In this document: positions 27,615 through 42,514 of the stretch, piece after piece
Layout of the letters: each line of letters begins with the position of its first letter
Position numbering within the stretch: the stretch's first letter is position 1
Source: Sphagnum compactum
Taxonomy: Eukaryota
Direction: 5' to 3'
Assembly: GCA_965153455.1 (NCBI GenBank)
Contig: OZ234493.1
Span: forward strand, 1,550,001-1,614,000
Length of the DNA stretch: 64,000 bases
Position numbers and translations under genes: made by a program
The notes under the pieces: model-generated
The model's input: only the letters and a program-made list of their open reading frames with translations
Told to the model about the DNA's origin: nothing
Database searches by the model: none

Positions 27615-28651
27615 CAGTGTTGTGCTTGTAAATGGTTTGGGACTTACACTCCTTGTAAGTGTAAATCCCATAATGAAATTTATTTACACTTCATGCAAGT
27701 GTATAATATTCATTTACATTCATGTAAATGTAAAACCGTGTAAATTTATTTTATGTTGTGTAAAAAAGTGTAAGTGCAAAAATAAATATATTTCTGTAAC
27801 TTTATGCTATCCAATAAGTGAAAGTATTTATATTTATATGATTTTACATGACTATGTAAAACAATGTAAATATTAAACAATGTAAAAAATGTGATTTTTA
27901 CTTTAGGAGGGGAGACTTCATAATGTTTTTGATGATAAGCCAGCTAAATGACCATTGGAAAAAAAAAAAAAAAAACAAACTATCAAAATATACACCCACG
28001 TCTAATTCATATGCCTTTGCAAGAAGGTCGTTGAAGAAGGTATATAATAAAATTATCTATAATGTCGGAAAACAACACTAGAACCCTGAGTTTGATCATA
28101 CATGGGTGAAATTCAAAAACCCTAAAGACTACCACTAAAAAAAAAGACATTAGCATTCAAGGGTGGGGGCACCCCAGTTTTTGTGTTGAAGTGAGTTTCA
28201 CCCTGTCTATCCTTTTTCTTTAGCGCCTCCACTCTTGCTGCATATATTTTCACTGTTCCTACATGTAAAGCTACTGTAAGTAGTCTTGAACCTTGTGCAT
28301 TAAATGCTGATTTTCAGCATTTCATTCCCAGAGTTAATAAAAAAAATTACTTTATGGATACCCCTCAAAGAAGGGTTTGAGATGAAAGGAGGCCCAAAGA
28401 CAGGGTGACTTTACAAGTAATTTTAGTATTTACATTTACACACCTCAAAACATTTACACAGGGTCGTGTAAGTGTATTTGACAAATATTTACACTGGCCT
28501 CATGTAAATATAAGTGTTTTAAAAAACGAAAACATTGCAATGGGATAAGTGGAAGTGTAAAAAATTTGAATGTGTAAGTGTAAATGACTCAAATTTACAT
28601 GGGATTTACATGCCGTATATATGGCTATTGACACTTACATGCATAACACTG
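27615..28651. mobile_element. Non-autonomous hAT-like element (~1.04 kb) with nested inserts
   Basis: TIR CAGTGTTGTGCTTGTAA vs reverse complement of the right end CAGTGTTATGCATGTAA (15/17); flanks GTCCTTTAC / GTCTTTAC; dense TGTAA/TTACA subterminal repeats at both ends. Confidence 0.82.
28192..28420. repeat. Dispersed ~230-bp palindromic module, copy 2, nested inside the 27615-28651 element
   Basis: Outer TCACCCTGTCT / AGACAGGGTGA; central AAATGCTGA-ttt-TCAGCATTT; homologous to 13555-13795. Confidence 0.8.
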
Positions 28652-31600
28652 GTCTTTACATCTAGGGTAAAATTTGAAGAGTGGGTTTGTGCAGAATTAT
28701 AGGACCTGTGCCTTGAGGCAGGAGTCAAGGGTGGACCTCGTCTTTTTGCACATCCCGCACATCCTTGCTCCAAGGGCTTTTCACAGCATAAAGATTGAAC
28801 CAGGATGTTAAAGAAAAATTAGCATTGGTTAAGAGAAAAAGTACTTCATGATGGATTAAAAGTGCTTGGTAGCTTAAACGCATTATTTGATAAAATGAGC
28901 ATGACAGATTACAAATGACAGTCATAAGGATCTTGTGGATGGATCGCGGGACAAGTGGGAAAGAAGGGAGTAGTTGGAAGGAGAACAATAATCAAATTGT
29001 CAAAATTCTTGATCAACATAGAATTTCCCAATCAAGAAACATAAAGTTAAGGATTGAGGGAAGCAAAGAATAATAACTAATATGGGGTTTAGTTGCAAAC
29101 GACGTCTTATGTTTAGAGAGAAAATGGGATTTATGTTTAGAAAAAAATCAAAATGCTAAGATTTTGAGATGAAGGTGATGAATGCATGTATGTAGTTGAT
29201 TTTAAAGATGATATCCTAAAAAGCATTAAAGCTTTAAAATTGAGGCCAATGAGTTGAAAGTCTTATCCAACTTGTCAAAAAAAAAATTGAAACTTATGTC
29301 AATTTGATATATGTGCGTGTGCCCTAGTTGTGGAATTGCTCTTTTGGGGACATCTCTAAGCCCCTAATTTCAGTGTGTCAACTTGTACAATCTAGTAAAT
29401 GGAATTATTTGTTTGATTTAATTTTGTGGCACTACAATATGTAAGTAGAATGTGTCATTACATTTCTTAATTTTTGTAGTCATCCTTTTTAGGTTACAAT
29501 AAATTATTAATAATTAGTTATCCCGTGTAAGGTAAAGCCCTTGACCTTGGGCTAAACTAGATAAGGATCCATCGGTCCACCTTGCATAGACCTTTTTAAT
29601 AAAGCCCATGATCAAGGGTTGTATTGAACAAAAAAAAAACTTGATCTGTTAATTGTTATTATTTTTCTTGTGATAACTAGTGGGTACTTAGCACCTGTGT
29701 CATGGAGGAAAAGAAAGATGAAAATGGAATGCTCCACTTTTCTTTTTCTTTCAAAAAATGCATGATTGTTATGGAAAAATGTGTGGTTTTGAACTTTCAA
29801 TTACCCATTTCTCCTATGGGTGTTCCAGTTTTCATAATGCCCTACAAACAATGAAGGATAAGTAAGTTAGGTAACATGTCCTCTGGCATTAAAAAATTTG
29901 GAGTATAGGCATAAGCAAAATAAAATGAATAGTTGGATTACCTTCTTAAAATTGGAGGAAGTAGATTTAAAATAACAACATCCATTATAGAGTTATGAAA
30001 CATTGAATGTTTTTAGTTGAATAATCAAAGATAAGATAAATATTCACCAATGTGCATTAATTTTTATTAATGTAAAAAAAGGTTTCAAGTAGGTTTTTAA
30101 AAATATAAATAGCCTTTGATGTTTAGTTTTGAGTGGGGGTTTTTTGTTTTAAATAAATGTCAAGTAGGTTCTAACAAAGAGAAAGTAAATTTTTTTTTAT
30201 GGCTTGTTCAAATATATGATGATTTTCATATCCCACCTAAATACATATCTATTTCAATGAATTTTCTAATGAAAATGTAGCTCTGAACATATAATAACTA
30301 TATATATATGTATTTATATATATATAATTTATTTTAATAGTTCATTTGCTTCTAGTTCATTTTTTTCGAACTAGAATTTTATAATTTTAATAAAATGAAT
30401 GGATGATACTTGACAAGTATTTTCACCTAATTCTATCAACGATGATTCATGAAAGTTGATTTAGGTAGGACAGTTTAAAATTCTATAAGTCATAGTCATC
30501 ACTTGGACAATTCCAAAGTGGAATATGTTTAGCCCATTCCGAAATAAAGATTTGGATTTGTGTCTTTTTAAAAGAAAAATTCTGACACCATATTCACACG
30601 TATGTTTTCAATACCTTATCCACCAATTTGCATCTCATTTTTGTTGAATTGAATTTTACTTCAATTGTTGAATTAAATTTCGTTTAATTGGAATAATTCA
30701 AATTCTATTCAATGTATTTGAACTCATTAAATTTGAATCTATTTCACTTAACTCTAATTGAATTGAATTGAAAAATTCAATTCAAGTTACATGTAATGTC
30801 AACTTTTTCATTCAAATGGAACTTAATTTTCACAAAATAAATTCATTTTTTCATTAATTAGCGATTGATCATACGTGAGTGCATAATAACATTGAGCCCA
30901 AGTTTGATAATACTTTATTTTAGTTACATGAGTGATACACAATTTCAATTTTTATGTATGCCTTATCTTGCTTTGATTTACACATCTTTAATTTTTGCTA
31001 AAAATTGTCTTTGTAGGAGATTAAAATTAGGGTTTGAAAAGGCATAATGTTCATGCCATAATAGGATATTGGAAATGATATTGTAGAACTATAATGTGTT
31101 CTGCCATGGTATAGCATGGAATGCTTTTAGGATAAATAATTTTTTATTAGAATAGGTAAGTCAAAATAAATCACGAAGAATTTATCTTTAGAAGCCACTT
31201 TGGTTCCTTGCCATCTAAGGATGAAGTTAGTGGGTAAGCAGCAATGTTCCATCATTTAGTTGTTTTGTGTTAAACTTTTGACTCAATTTAGATTGACCAT
31301 AACATTGAATATTATCATGCCATGAATCCTTTCGAGGTTATCAACACATTCTACTTATAAGTAATTTAATATAAGATTTGAAATAGGATATGAAGAGTAT
31401 ATAAGAAAATTTTAAGGTCTCCATACAAGAGTTTGAATTCAATAAACTTGTAACGTTGTGAAAGATCGTTTAGTCATGGGAATGTTGTGTTATGCCTTAC
31501 TTTCGTTTTTCATAATAACGGAGAGTTATGCCAAATGAATAATGATATCTCTCTCCACTTCATTTTCTCATTTGCACTTCAGGTTATTTCACTTCAAGGT

Positions 31601-33947
31601 AGATAGATCTGTCCATGAACCCATTTTTCCCCTATATAGGGTCATTGGTTAGAATGCATTAGGGAGAACACATCACCAATTAAACCTAAAGGTTGTGGTT
31701 GCGGCGAAACTTTGACTGGGCATTTCGGGCAGCTGCCCAAGACTTTCAGGCCAAAGGAAAGAAATGCAACTTGGTTGATAGGTGAGCCTCCCAAAAAGGC
31801 CTAGCACATTTGGTGCTTAAGTGCCTTGACCTATTTGGGTGGTAAGTTTTCTCAACTGACCATTTGGGGATATATTTTGTCTTGAAAGGTCATCGTTTTG
31901 GGGTTTAGGAAACAAAAATTACCACACAATCAGAGGCCACTGAAGGCTACAATCTAGTTTGGAGTCATCATAACCCAATTGGCTATTTCATGGCTCGAGT
32001 AAAGAATAATTACTCACATTTCACCAATACACACCATGAAAACTTGTGAGGGTGAGATTGTTTCATAGCTTTTTATTGTATTTTCGTTGGGGATATGATA
32101 TTCAGTTTTAACTATCACATGAAAATATTGGTAATGCCCTTTGAGCTTTGACTCAACTATCCACATGGAGAGTTTACTCGGTATCAATAAACACACAAAA
32201 TAAATCGAATATTCCATGATCATGGATAGGTATGAAAATTAAGTGGTTATATACAAGGTTTCAATTATCACACTTTGAAAAATAGGTCACCTTCCTTCAA
32301 GGAGCTGCTCTACGCATGGCTGCAATGTTGGAAATCTGAAGGCTAGCTTGGTCCGTTATCTGTGCAAATATTTTCACATCCCATATTTTTCTCAACGTCA
32401 AAGCTTTTATGGGGGCTACTAGTATATCTACCATTGTTTTCTTTGAGTTTTTAAAGAACCACCAGTTCCAGTTCCTTTAAATATTGCAAAATCAAATGAA
32501 CTGACAGCTCCAATTCTTTGAAAAACAAATTTAGAACAAATGAACGGTCAGTTCTGGTTATTTCAAAACGCTCAAAGAACCAATGATTTTCATGAAAGAA
32601 CCCATGATTCTTTGACTTTTAATTTTTTTTCGCAAACCATGGTTATATACCATAATGGGTGATTTGAAAATGTTGATAACTGGCCGGTAAGTGGGCATAT
32701 ACCCAGGTTGACAACCGCTCCTCAACACTTGTTGCTACAGTAATGGGCTCCAGCCAATAGCCAAAATAATATAGAAGGACGCTTCCATTCCTTCATATTA
32801 TTGGTGATCACCACATCCACTATATCATTGAATGAAAATAATAGGAATAAAGTTTGGCATGTTTACATGATATTCACCAACTGAGATTTTTTCTTTTAGG
32901 CAAAAGAGAGGATGGTAACCTTAAGAGGATGGCTCTGTTTTCTATCGTCAAGGCATCTCAATACTAGGATGTAATTACTACCAAAAGTAACTCAGGGTAG
33001 GGTAATGCAGCATGCCATTACATGCTATGAACCAATGGTCGAATCCAAGGTCCAGGGTGTAATACACCTTCTGCGAGGGTATTATGTGTCGTAATGAACA
33101 AGGTAGGCTAGTAGCCTCCCACTATAAGCGCCCACCCTACAAGAGGCCGTTTTGCAAAAATGGAATGCACATTCATAAGGTCATTTCGTACATATGTAGA
33201 CCCATATCTGTGATGATCATGGCCCCCATTTGATCATAAATTATAACTAATAACTTACATACTTGAGAGGTGCCTGAAAGAACGAGTAGCAAATTCATCA
33301 CCTGTCAAATCTTGTAATCAAAGTTAAAGAAACTAGAAACCTCTATATGCTATTAGCTGACAATTAGCATAACCATTTGGTAAATGTAGATTTCTAGCAT
33401 TCCCAAAAGAACTAACATTTCATGAATTTAAGTTTGGAATGGATTTCAAGCATTCTAGCATTTTGTTCATGTGTTTTTTTTAAAAAAAATACAGAAAACA
33501 TGTTTTAGAGTCAGTTTGAAAATTATTGAGATCACAATCTAATTTAAGTTCCACTACATGATCAAATCCTTAAAATTTCTTGCTGAGATTTGGTTTGTAA
33601 ATTGCTTTTGATACCTTTAGTGGGCTCTTCAAAATTGCAACAATGATGTGGTTTGAGGGTTTGTCAAATGCAAAAGTTTGCTATATATGGAGAACATTAT
33701 GTATTGGGTTCAATTCCAGGAGGAGGCTAGTTGCAAGTTCCAAATCTAGGTCTAGTTCCAACTGGTGAATGGTAGCATGTTTTGGTTAAGGGTCGAATCC
33801 CACCAAGAGTTGAACAAGAGTCTAGTCTAGTTACTTGAAACAGGTTTCATAGACAAATTGGCAAACCAGCTTAGAACTTAGAAACCAGCCAACACTATTT
33901 TACATCAAATATCACCCCAAAAAATTTCAATTTGCAAACATTGGGTA

Positions 33948-34314
33948 CAGGGTTTTCTTTCTCAAATTTGTGATGTAGCAAAACTGGCAATGACCCTCAC
34001 CCAGAAGATTTAGCCAAATTTGGCTATAGACCAAATATACAAGTAGAAAACATTTAAGAATCCTTTTACGTTTTGGCTACTTGTTGGAAACCTGTTGTAG
34101 AAATCTGGCAATTCTAAGTTTTTAGAAATTTTGCAATCTCGCGAATGATGGCTGTTTTTCCATGAAAATTTTGTGTGTGTCAAAAGCACATTTTTTAAGT
34201 ATTCTTCAAGTCACCAAAACTAATTGAACCACAATTAATCAAAAGTTCATTTGTGTTGTACCATTATATGTTCAGGTCAAGAAGTGTGAAAATTTGCCCC
34301 GTAATGAGACACTG
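33948..34314. mobile_element. hAT-type MITE with a perfect 8-bp TSD
   Basis: CAGGGTTTT...ACACTG flanked by ATTGGGTA on both sides (33940-33947 and 34315-34322); same family as 34811-35102. Confidence 0.88.
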
Positions 34315-34432
34315 ATTGGGTAAGGGAGGACAAAATATTGGATGACTTCCTTACACGGGTATATATATTGTTTTGAAAATCAAGACTAGTTTGGTATCTG
34401 ATAGCACCTGCACCTAACATATACGGGTATTA

Positions 34433-34648
34433 AGGTGCCTGCGCACTTGGTGTTAAGGACTTTAGTATTAAGTCCGCTAACACCAAGCTAGTCATTTAGG
34501 ACCTAAACCTATTTACCATGAAGATTTTATGTTAAGTTAACATTCACTTAATGTTTTAAACAATCACCGATTTAACATTGGGTGCCACCCAAGATGCCAC
34601 CTAGATTTTCACTTAACACTGACTTAACATTACGTGTGAAATGCACCT
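34433..34648. mobile_element. Tourist-like MITE, copy C
   Basis: Ends AGGTGC...GCACCT; TTA TSD on both sides; interior collinear with copies A and B. Confidence 0.85.
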
Positions 34649-34810
34649 TTAGTTTAATATTTTGTTTTACAAAAACTCCTGGCAAATTTCCTATCATAGT
34701 CTGGTAGGTGGTTGACAAATTGGTAACCACATTCAATATGAAGGCCATTACTTGAGAAAGAACCAGTGTTGGTCTGGTATCTACTCTTGAACATACCAGC
34801 TGGTTCTGGT

Positions 34811-35102
34811 CAGGGTTTTTTTTAAGGATTTTGTGATGTAGCCAAGGTGGCAACCATCCAGAAACTATTTTAGCCAATTCTGGCTACATGCCAGATATGA
34901 AAGTAGAAAAATAACCGGGATCCTTCTATATTCTTGGCTACCTACTGGAACTTATTGTAAAAATCTGGCAATTTGAATTTTTTTCTTTTTGAAATTTGGC
35001 GAATTTGGACCATTTTTCTCATGAAAAATCCTTTGTATTGGTCAGAATCACATTTTTCAGGTCGAATTTTCGCAAAAAAATTCGCCAATAAAAAAAACAC
35101 TG
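34811..35102. mobile_element. hAT-type MITE, second copy
   Basis: TIR CAGGGTTTTTTT / AAAAAAACACTG; TSD GTTCTGGT / ATTCTGGT (7/8); shares TTTAGCCAA, TTGGCTAC and AATCTGGCAATT blocks with 33948-34314. Confidence 0.88.
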
Positions 35103-38100
35103 ATTCTGGTATCTTGGAGGTTAGGTACGGAAATATGCATAAGAACTTTTTCATCGCAAATTGTTAAATTCCCATGGAAAAATCGAAAGTGTTGAGGAAT
35201 TTGAACGACTTAAGACAATCCAAAGCCTTAGTGCCTCACTAGGACCCCATGCCACAAAGGTCACTTCTGGAGCTACCATGGCTAAGCTACCATGGCTAAG
35301 ACCTGATCAACAATCACTTTCCTTTATTGGAGCTTTTGACTGACCAAGTACTTATGCAGGCACATACTTGCAGATGCTCACACACACTTAATGTGCCCAA
35401 TGATGAAGGCCCAACAAGATTGAAGTTTTAGCTAGAGATTTTAAGAAAGTTTTTTGTGTGGGCACAAGATCGTTGTTGGGCACAATATCAAGGTCGGAAA
35501 CTCAACAATCAAATACAAAATGTGAAGGATTTATTCATTCACCTTGCTTTTATGTTGGATCTTATATTTCGTTGTAGTCAATGGCAAGGTGTGAAGAGAA
35601 AGAGAGAAAGAGGAGCTTTGTGAATTACCCAAGCTATTAACGAGGGTGCATAGAAAGAGAACATGTTTGTGGCTTTAAAACCTAAAACTAAACTGAAAAT
35701 AATTATATTCTAAAGTTTTAAAGTTTTTGGTTTTGCAACAATAGTTTTTTTTTTCTTGACACCAACAACAAATCTTCCCCCTCCATGTTGGCACCCTTGG
35801 TCTTTGGCCTTATTGTGGACCTCTTTGAAATTAAAATCCCAACAAATAACACAAAGGGGTGGACTCCTACAAATTATCTTTATGCACAAATGAAAAATTA
35901 AAGACATTCAACATCACAACATACATGTGAATGACTAGAAACAAGGAGATTGCTAACAAAAGGTTAACAATATTGGCTCCAATGTTGTGGCTCTTTTGAG
36001 CTTTTTCGGATGTTGACGATGTATTCATTTGGTAAAAGTAATAACAACGATGTTGGTGGCAAATTGGAATGATATTCAAGCTTTACAAGAACTATGTAAG
36101 TTGCTGCCATCTACCATTTATGGTGATAATGTAGCAATAATGAAGGATTGTGACAATCACACAACAACTCACTTTGTTATTGGCTTTAAACAAATGGACA
36201 TGCCTTTCACAAACCAGCCTTTTTGTTCCTTAGTGCCCTTCATCACTTCCACCAAGTATCACATAATTATTCATGGTCTACTTCTACATAATTGGTCCTA
36301 ATGGAATCTTGTGTGCAATGGAGACGTTCAAGAGTCCAAAAGAACCTATAAATTAGAGCATTTTCTTTTCGACAATTTTATCAACAAAACACATTCACAC
36401 ATACTATGTTTAACAACTACAACAAGAGTACCTAGATGCTTATCTCATCAGCAAGGTGCCTCTTTTATAGTCTTCATCTCCTACTTCCTCACTAAATTGT
36501 CACAACAATGCCTCCCACCGAGCTTCACCATCATGGGCAAGTAAACATGCCATTGACTTGATAGTCGTCGTGTAATAAAACACACCAAAACAACACCATC
36601 CAATTCTCTAACACCATAAACTTGTAACAAACAAAACATAAACACATAACAACTAAAAAAATAAAATGATCAACATCAACCGCTCGTTTTTTTGTTTCTT
36701 TCACCTTTAGGTGGCTTGATCCTTCTCATTAGGTTTTCATCCAAGTAAAAGAATTTATTGAACCTCCTTTCATCCCACAATAGGATTGCAAACAAAACAA
36801 ATGCCTCACTTGCTCACTCACAACACACAAATCAATGATAAAAAAAGTTGTTCCAAGGAGACACACATTTGCATCTTTCTTTGTTCACTCACAAATTGGA
36901 GAAAGAAAAACAAAAAAACACGCATGGTGCCCTCACAATGCTAAAGTATTTGGTGATGATCATACAATGACAATTGTTATTACATTGGGGAGAAAAAAAA
37001 GGCGAGGGTAGTGAATTATTGACAATGCAAGCATTGTGGTGGGGATGACAATGTCACTTCTTTCCTTCAGTTGTTATTGCAGGGATATTTAAGGCATTAC
37101 ATCAATGGATATTTTAAAAGTCTAGCATAAAGGAAGTAATTATATTTGGTTGTTGATTTTATTTCCCATGGTTAAGTGATGATCGTGGGACCCTCACAAA
37201 TCTTCATCAATTGGAACCAAAAGAAATGTGCCCAACTTGAAGCATTTGATGTTGTTTGTTTAAGGAAATTTGAGCTTATCCGAAATAAAAATCAATTTTT
37301 TTCTTGATTATAATAAAAATATTATGTCTATAACTAATTGTTTCTTGAACTGAATTAGATTGTTACACATACATCCAATAGTTTTGTATGTACATTCATT
37401 TTGATAATTTCAAGAAAATTCAAAATTCCAATGAATGAAAAATAAAATAATTTCATTATGAAAAACGAAATGGATTTTTGAAAAATAAATCATTCATTTT
37501 TGCAATGACAAATCTGACCTTAGTTTATTTTGTTTTTGGAAATGCCAATTTTCAAAAGATTATTTACATGAATTACCGAATTCCTTTTAGATTACAAGGG
37601 AAAGAAAAATTAAAAAATTGGTGGAAATTTGAAAGCTACTTGCTAGGTGAATCCACAATTGCAAATCATATATCCAATAATTGACAACATTCCTCTATCC
37701 TATAATTTGGTATAACATTATTCCTCCCCATTTTTGTAAAAGAAACAATGGAAAATGTTGTAAATTTTTTCATTATGTTAAGCTTATGAGTCCAAAGAAC
37801 CTACCAAAAAAGTTGCCTATTATTTATTACCAAATTTCATAAATTATTTTTTCATTGTCGAAATGATTTTTGAAAAATAAAGTAATTATTTGGCACTTAT
37901 GTGTTGAACCTAAAAAGGTACCATGGTTCAAAGATTTTCCAATACTAGTGTTCCAAACTCCCAAAGTTTCAATATTTGTTATGTGATGGGTCAATTAAAA
38001 TGGCTCATTGCAAAAAATAAATAAATAATTAAAGAGTCAATCTCCGGGGGTGCCACAACTAATTAACACAATTAACAATAGATATTGAAAATGAATTCAC

Positions 38101-39819
38101 ATGTATTTACTCCCCTTCCTTGTTTTTTTTAATGAGCAATTCTATGAAAATGAAACATCACAATTCTAGGACTAAAGTTAAAACCCTTATGTCCATTCAT
38201 TTAAGACAACTTGCCAAAATTAAACAAATTTTACACAAGACAAATGTACTTACTCAACTTGCATAAAGTTTTGCACAAAAGAAGTGTCTTATAATAACCA
38301 ACTTGAAATTAAATGAAGTAATAACAAAAATCATCCCCACCTCAAAGGAAAGATAAATAGTTCACTATTGCACGTGACATGAGTGTGTTGTTGCACAAGA
38401 AGAAAAAAAACCATAGAACCCACACCCCCCTCCCCCACCCCAATTTTTTTTTAAAAAGAACATTATAGGTGCATGACCAACCTTTTCATTCATTGCATGA
38501 AAATCCTCCTCTTAAAACAATTTGTCACCATTTTTTACCTAAGCTAAACCCCAATCATGAATTGAGGTACCTATTACACTAGCAAAAAAATTATTGTTGG
38601 CCATAACTGGTGGTATGGAATGTTACACTAACCAAGTGTTAGGAGACCTTTGTTTATGGGAATCTTCCTATGATAACGGATAAGAAGCACAAGTCCTTTC
38701 ATTAGGAAGAAAATTAAAAAAAATTGGGCTTTTTATCCCTCACCATAAAAATATTTCGAAAACCCTTAAATTCTCTTGACCTTGGCCAAAATTATCTTCG
38801 TATGGCCAAGGATAACATTGCTCAAGCTTTTGGGACATTTTTCATAAACATGTGTCCAAGCCCATAATCATTGGTTATGAATATTCTCAAAAGCTTGAGG
38901 TTATCTGACCCTTAGTAATGAAAGATTTTCATTGTGAAATAAAGTATGGTAAAAGTATATATGGCCTTTTTGGTATTCCAAGGTGAAAAGAGCCTAGGGG
39001 TTTGATAATAATCCATATAAAACATTCAAATGGATGAAACCACAAAGTTTAATTCATCACAATACTTATTGCAATTAGGAAACGTTATTTTATTATAATG
39101 AGCAAAACATGTGTGACATATCTTGAACAAATGAACAGATGTGGTGAATTTTCTTCTTCATCTACAAAACTTAATATTTTATGTAGAATTTTACATTGGG
39201 TATGTGCAAAACTTAAACAAAGATCGCGTGTTGAATCCAATGTTGGGTGGTTCTTTATTTTATGGAATACCTTCATAATACAATACTTTGGTTTTTAAAA
39301 AAAAATAGAACTATCTTCATTTCAATTCCATGCATAAAAGGAACTAGCAATGTTGTTATGGGTACAATTTTTTAAATAATACATTCTACTTCCTTTTCTA
39401 AAAATCAAACTTGGTTTCATTGATTTCAATGCTAGTTATGTAAAAACAAAAATTAGAATCCACAAATTGGAAATGAAGTAACTCGTGAAGGAATTGAACC
39501 CTAATTCTATAAAAAAATTATGCCCATTACAACACAAGCTACCTACAAAAATAAACAACCATAGAATTGCCCAACCTCACACAACCATAAGCTTGTTGTA
39601 GCTTGATTATCAACAAAATCACACCCAAATCCCCAAAACCATTTAACATCAACATGGTCCCAAAAAAAAAACATCTTTTCAAAATATGTCAATCAAAGAG
39701 GGAAAAAATGCAAAATTGGTGAAAATGACTTACGTAATCATTGTCAATTTTCAAACTCTCCAAAATATGTAGTTTCCTCAATTATTTCATAATTTTTTTT
39801 AACTAAAACAATTTCAACT

Positions 39820-42100
39820 TTAATATAACCCTTGAAGTTCACATTTGCTTTGCAAATCAAACACAAAACATCTAGCTAGGTTGTCTACAATATTGATAAT
39901 TTGATCAAGATTTTCAACCTCTAAGTGATAGCATTTCAAAATTGTCAAAACATTAATGAAGTTAAAAAATCTTTCTATCTCAATTTGAGACCCAATAATC
40001 CTCAAAAATTGTTTAGCAAGGAAGCCAACATTTGAAAATTAATTTTTGTAGACTCACCATCAAGTAAGAAAATCTACACACTTGGAGAAAGGGATAGATA
40101 ACCTTTGAAATAAGCATGACTCTTTAATTATAAGTACATGTGAAGATTCTTCCATGGATGCTCCAACACCAAACATGTTGGTATCATCTTCTTCAATTTC
40201 AAGAATAGATCCATCATGCTTGGACAATAGGATTTAATCGATCAAAAAATGTCATGAAAAGAGGGATGATTTCTTTTACATCATATTAAACAACAAAGTG
40301 GATTGCATTTCCACACCACACAAAGTTTTCCACAACCATAATGACTTGAAATGGGAAACAAACATCAAGGGTGATATATTATGCATTTAATGAGATTTTC
40401 AAAAATTCTAGAAAGGGTTTGATTACTTTCGCAACCTCATGTTGCATATTTCAACCCAAGAGTTGGAGCACCACATCAAATTGGTCAAATGTGTCACGCC
40501 CATCAACCAAAGGAATTTGCTATAGCTTCCATAGCCCACAATCAAATTTATTGTTGTAGCCAAAACATCAAATAGTAACCAATGACCTCTTGATTAGTTC
40601 AACACGCATGTAATCACCATAGGATTCAGACATTGAATGATAGTTTTTGTAATGGCCCACACTTGGGCATTTATGATTCTCTATTTTAAAATTGGAGTCT
40701 TTTGCCTTCTATAATATAATAATATAATTTGCTTAAATCAAAGTCTCTTTAAACACGATAACCTTGTTGGCAAACTCTATCTTGACAAGAGTTTTCAATT
40801 TTTGGTGCCACTTTCCATGCATGTTTTTTTCCCATTCCTATATGCATTAGCTTGATTTTTTTGCCCATGTGATTGTTTTCTGTAGATTGGATTAACCATC
40901 TTTCACACTTACCAAATTCAAACATACATAAACCTTGTCATCATTAGTTGCAAACTAGTATGTTTTGGACATCACATGCTCAAAGTAAGTACCTTCAAAA
41001 ACCCATAAAAGCTTCAAAGGTTCATAATCAATAATAAATTGTAATGTTATGGTCATAGTTCCAATGTTATTGTTTTCATCTTTCACAAAAGCAGTTAGAT
41101 GATGATTAAACAAAAAAATTCCAATAAATATTGAAGTTACAAAGCCATGGCACTACCAATAGTTTCATACACTTCAAACAACCCAATAGTAACATGCCTA
41201 GGTGTCCAAGTGTCATTTAAATAATTCATGACTAATGCAAATGTGTCCACCCCACCTTTGGACATATATAGTTCAAAACTACAAGAAATAATAGCAGTAG
41301 ATTCTAGATTCAACAAGACATGCATGTTCATGTTTTTTGTGAAATTGTTCCACAAGAGATGAATGTTCATGTTTTTTGTGAAATTGTTCCACAAGAGATG
41401 AATGTTCATGTTTTTTGTGAAATTGTTCCACAAGAGATGAATGAGATGAAAATACAACACGGGGACATTGGTGCAACATTATCTTGCATAACCAAATGTT
41501 TTCACATGAAGTTAGAAGTCTATAACATTTGCAAATATAAAACACAAGGTCTTTTAGAAACATTTTTTATGCTTCACCATCACTCTTGTAAAGGTTTATT
41601 GAACCAAAATATGCAATGGTAGTAGCCCTTGTTGGTTTGATCCTTTTCCTCCCATGTTGCGAATTATAATTTATTTAAAAAAACTTAACCACAAATTTAT
41701 TAGTTAGTTGTAATTTTGTTTTTGGCAACTAAACAAGGATGTGCATAATCAATATGTGTTTTCATAGTGTAATACCATTTTTTGGGTTATATTTGATGAG
41801 CCCCTTCCTCAGAATAGAATTAAGTTGGTTTAAAATGTTACCAACTACTTGTTTAAATTGGTAGGTGATTTGTTGATTTTCAAGATCAATCGGCAAGTTG
41901 TCATTTGTTGCAAAGAAGCCCCAACAAATTGATGTCCTATTGTGTGGTTTCCATCATCAAGCTTGAGTTTCTATAGCTACAAATTGAACATCATCATTAT
42001 TTGACAAGTTTTATCACATTTTAGGTGTACAAATTCAACATTTGACAAGCTATTAGTTGGATTCATGTTCAAATCACAAGTTGTTTTACCCACTCCACCC
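39820..42100 (-). pseudogene. Degenerate hAT-family transposase
   Basis: Ordered fragments on the minus strand: FLKDLVFYICKCYR...ENIWL...QCPRVVF; SCSFELYMSKGGVDTFALVMNYLNDTWTPRHVTIGLFEV (first catalytic D region, D-x-W decayed); NVGFLAKQFLRIIGSQIEIERFF...ENLDQII (C-terminal dimerisation domain). Many stops and frameshifts; 5' boundary approximate. Confidence 0.85.
41324..41440. repeat. Perfect tandem repeat, 3 x 39 bp
   Basis: ATGTTCATGTTTTTTGTGAAATTGTTCCACAAGAGATGA at 41324, 41363 and 41402. Confidence 0.97.
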
Positions 42101-42514
42101 ACACTTTCAATAATAATCATTTCATTTTCAAACATTGTAGAGGTGCCTTGAACAAAAAACCTTAAGTGGGGTGACAAAGACAAACACAAAAAATCATAAT
42201 TCAAATCATAATCTTAAACTTTTGCAAAATCCAAAATGATCATAAAAAGAATTCTAGGAACAAAATGTAAAATCAAAAGGACATGATAAAAAAAAGAAAA
42301 CCCAATTGCTAGATTTATACAAATTTTGGAGTTGTTACACATGAAATGTGGAAACATAGTAGAAATTGCATCCACGAAAACAAAAGTAACATCAAAACTA
42401 GAAAAATGGAAAGGAAAAACATGTGCACATGTGTTGTTGAAACTTGAAATTCGAAATTCAAATGCAACAATAGAGTTTGATGCTTGAATTATAACAACAT
42501 TATTGAAGCAATGC

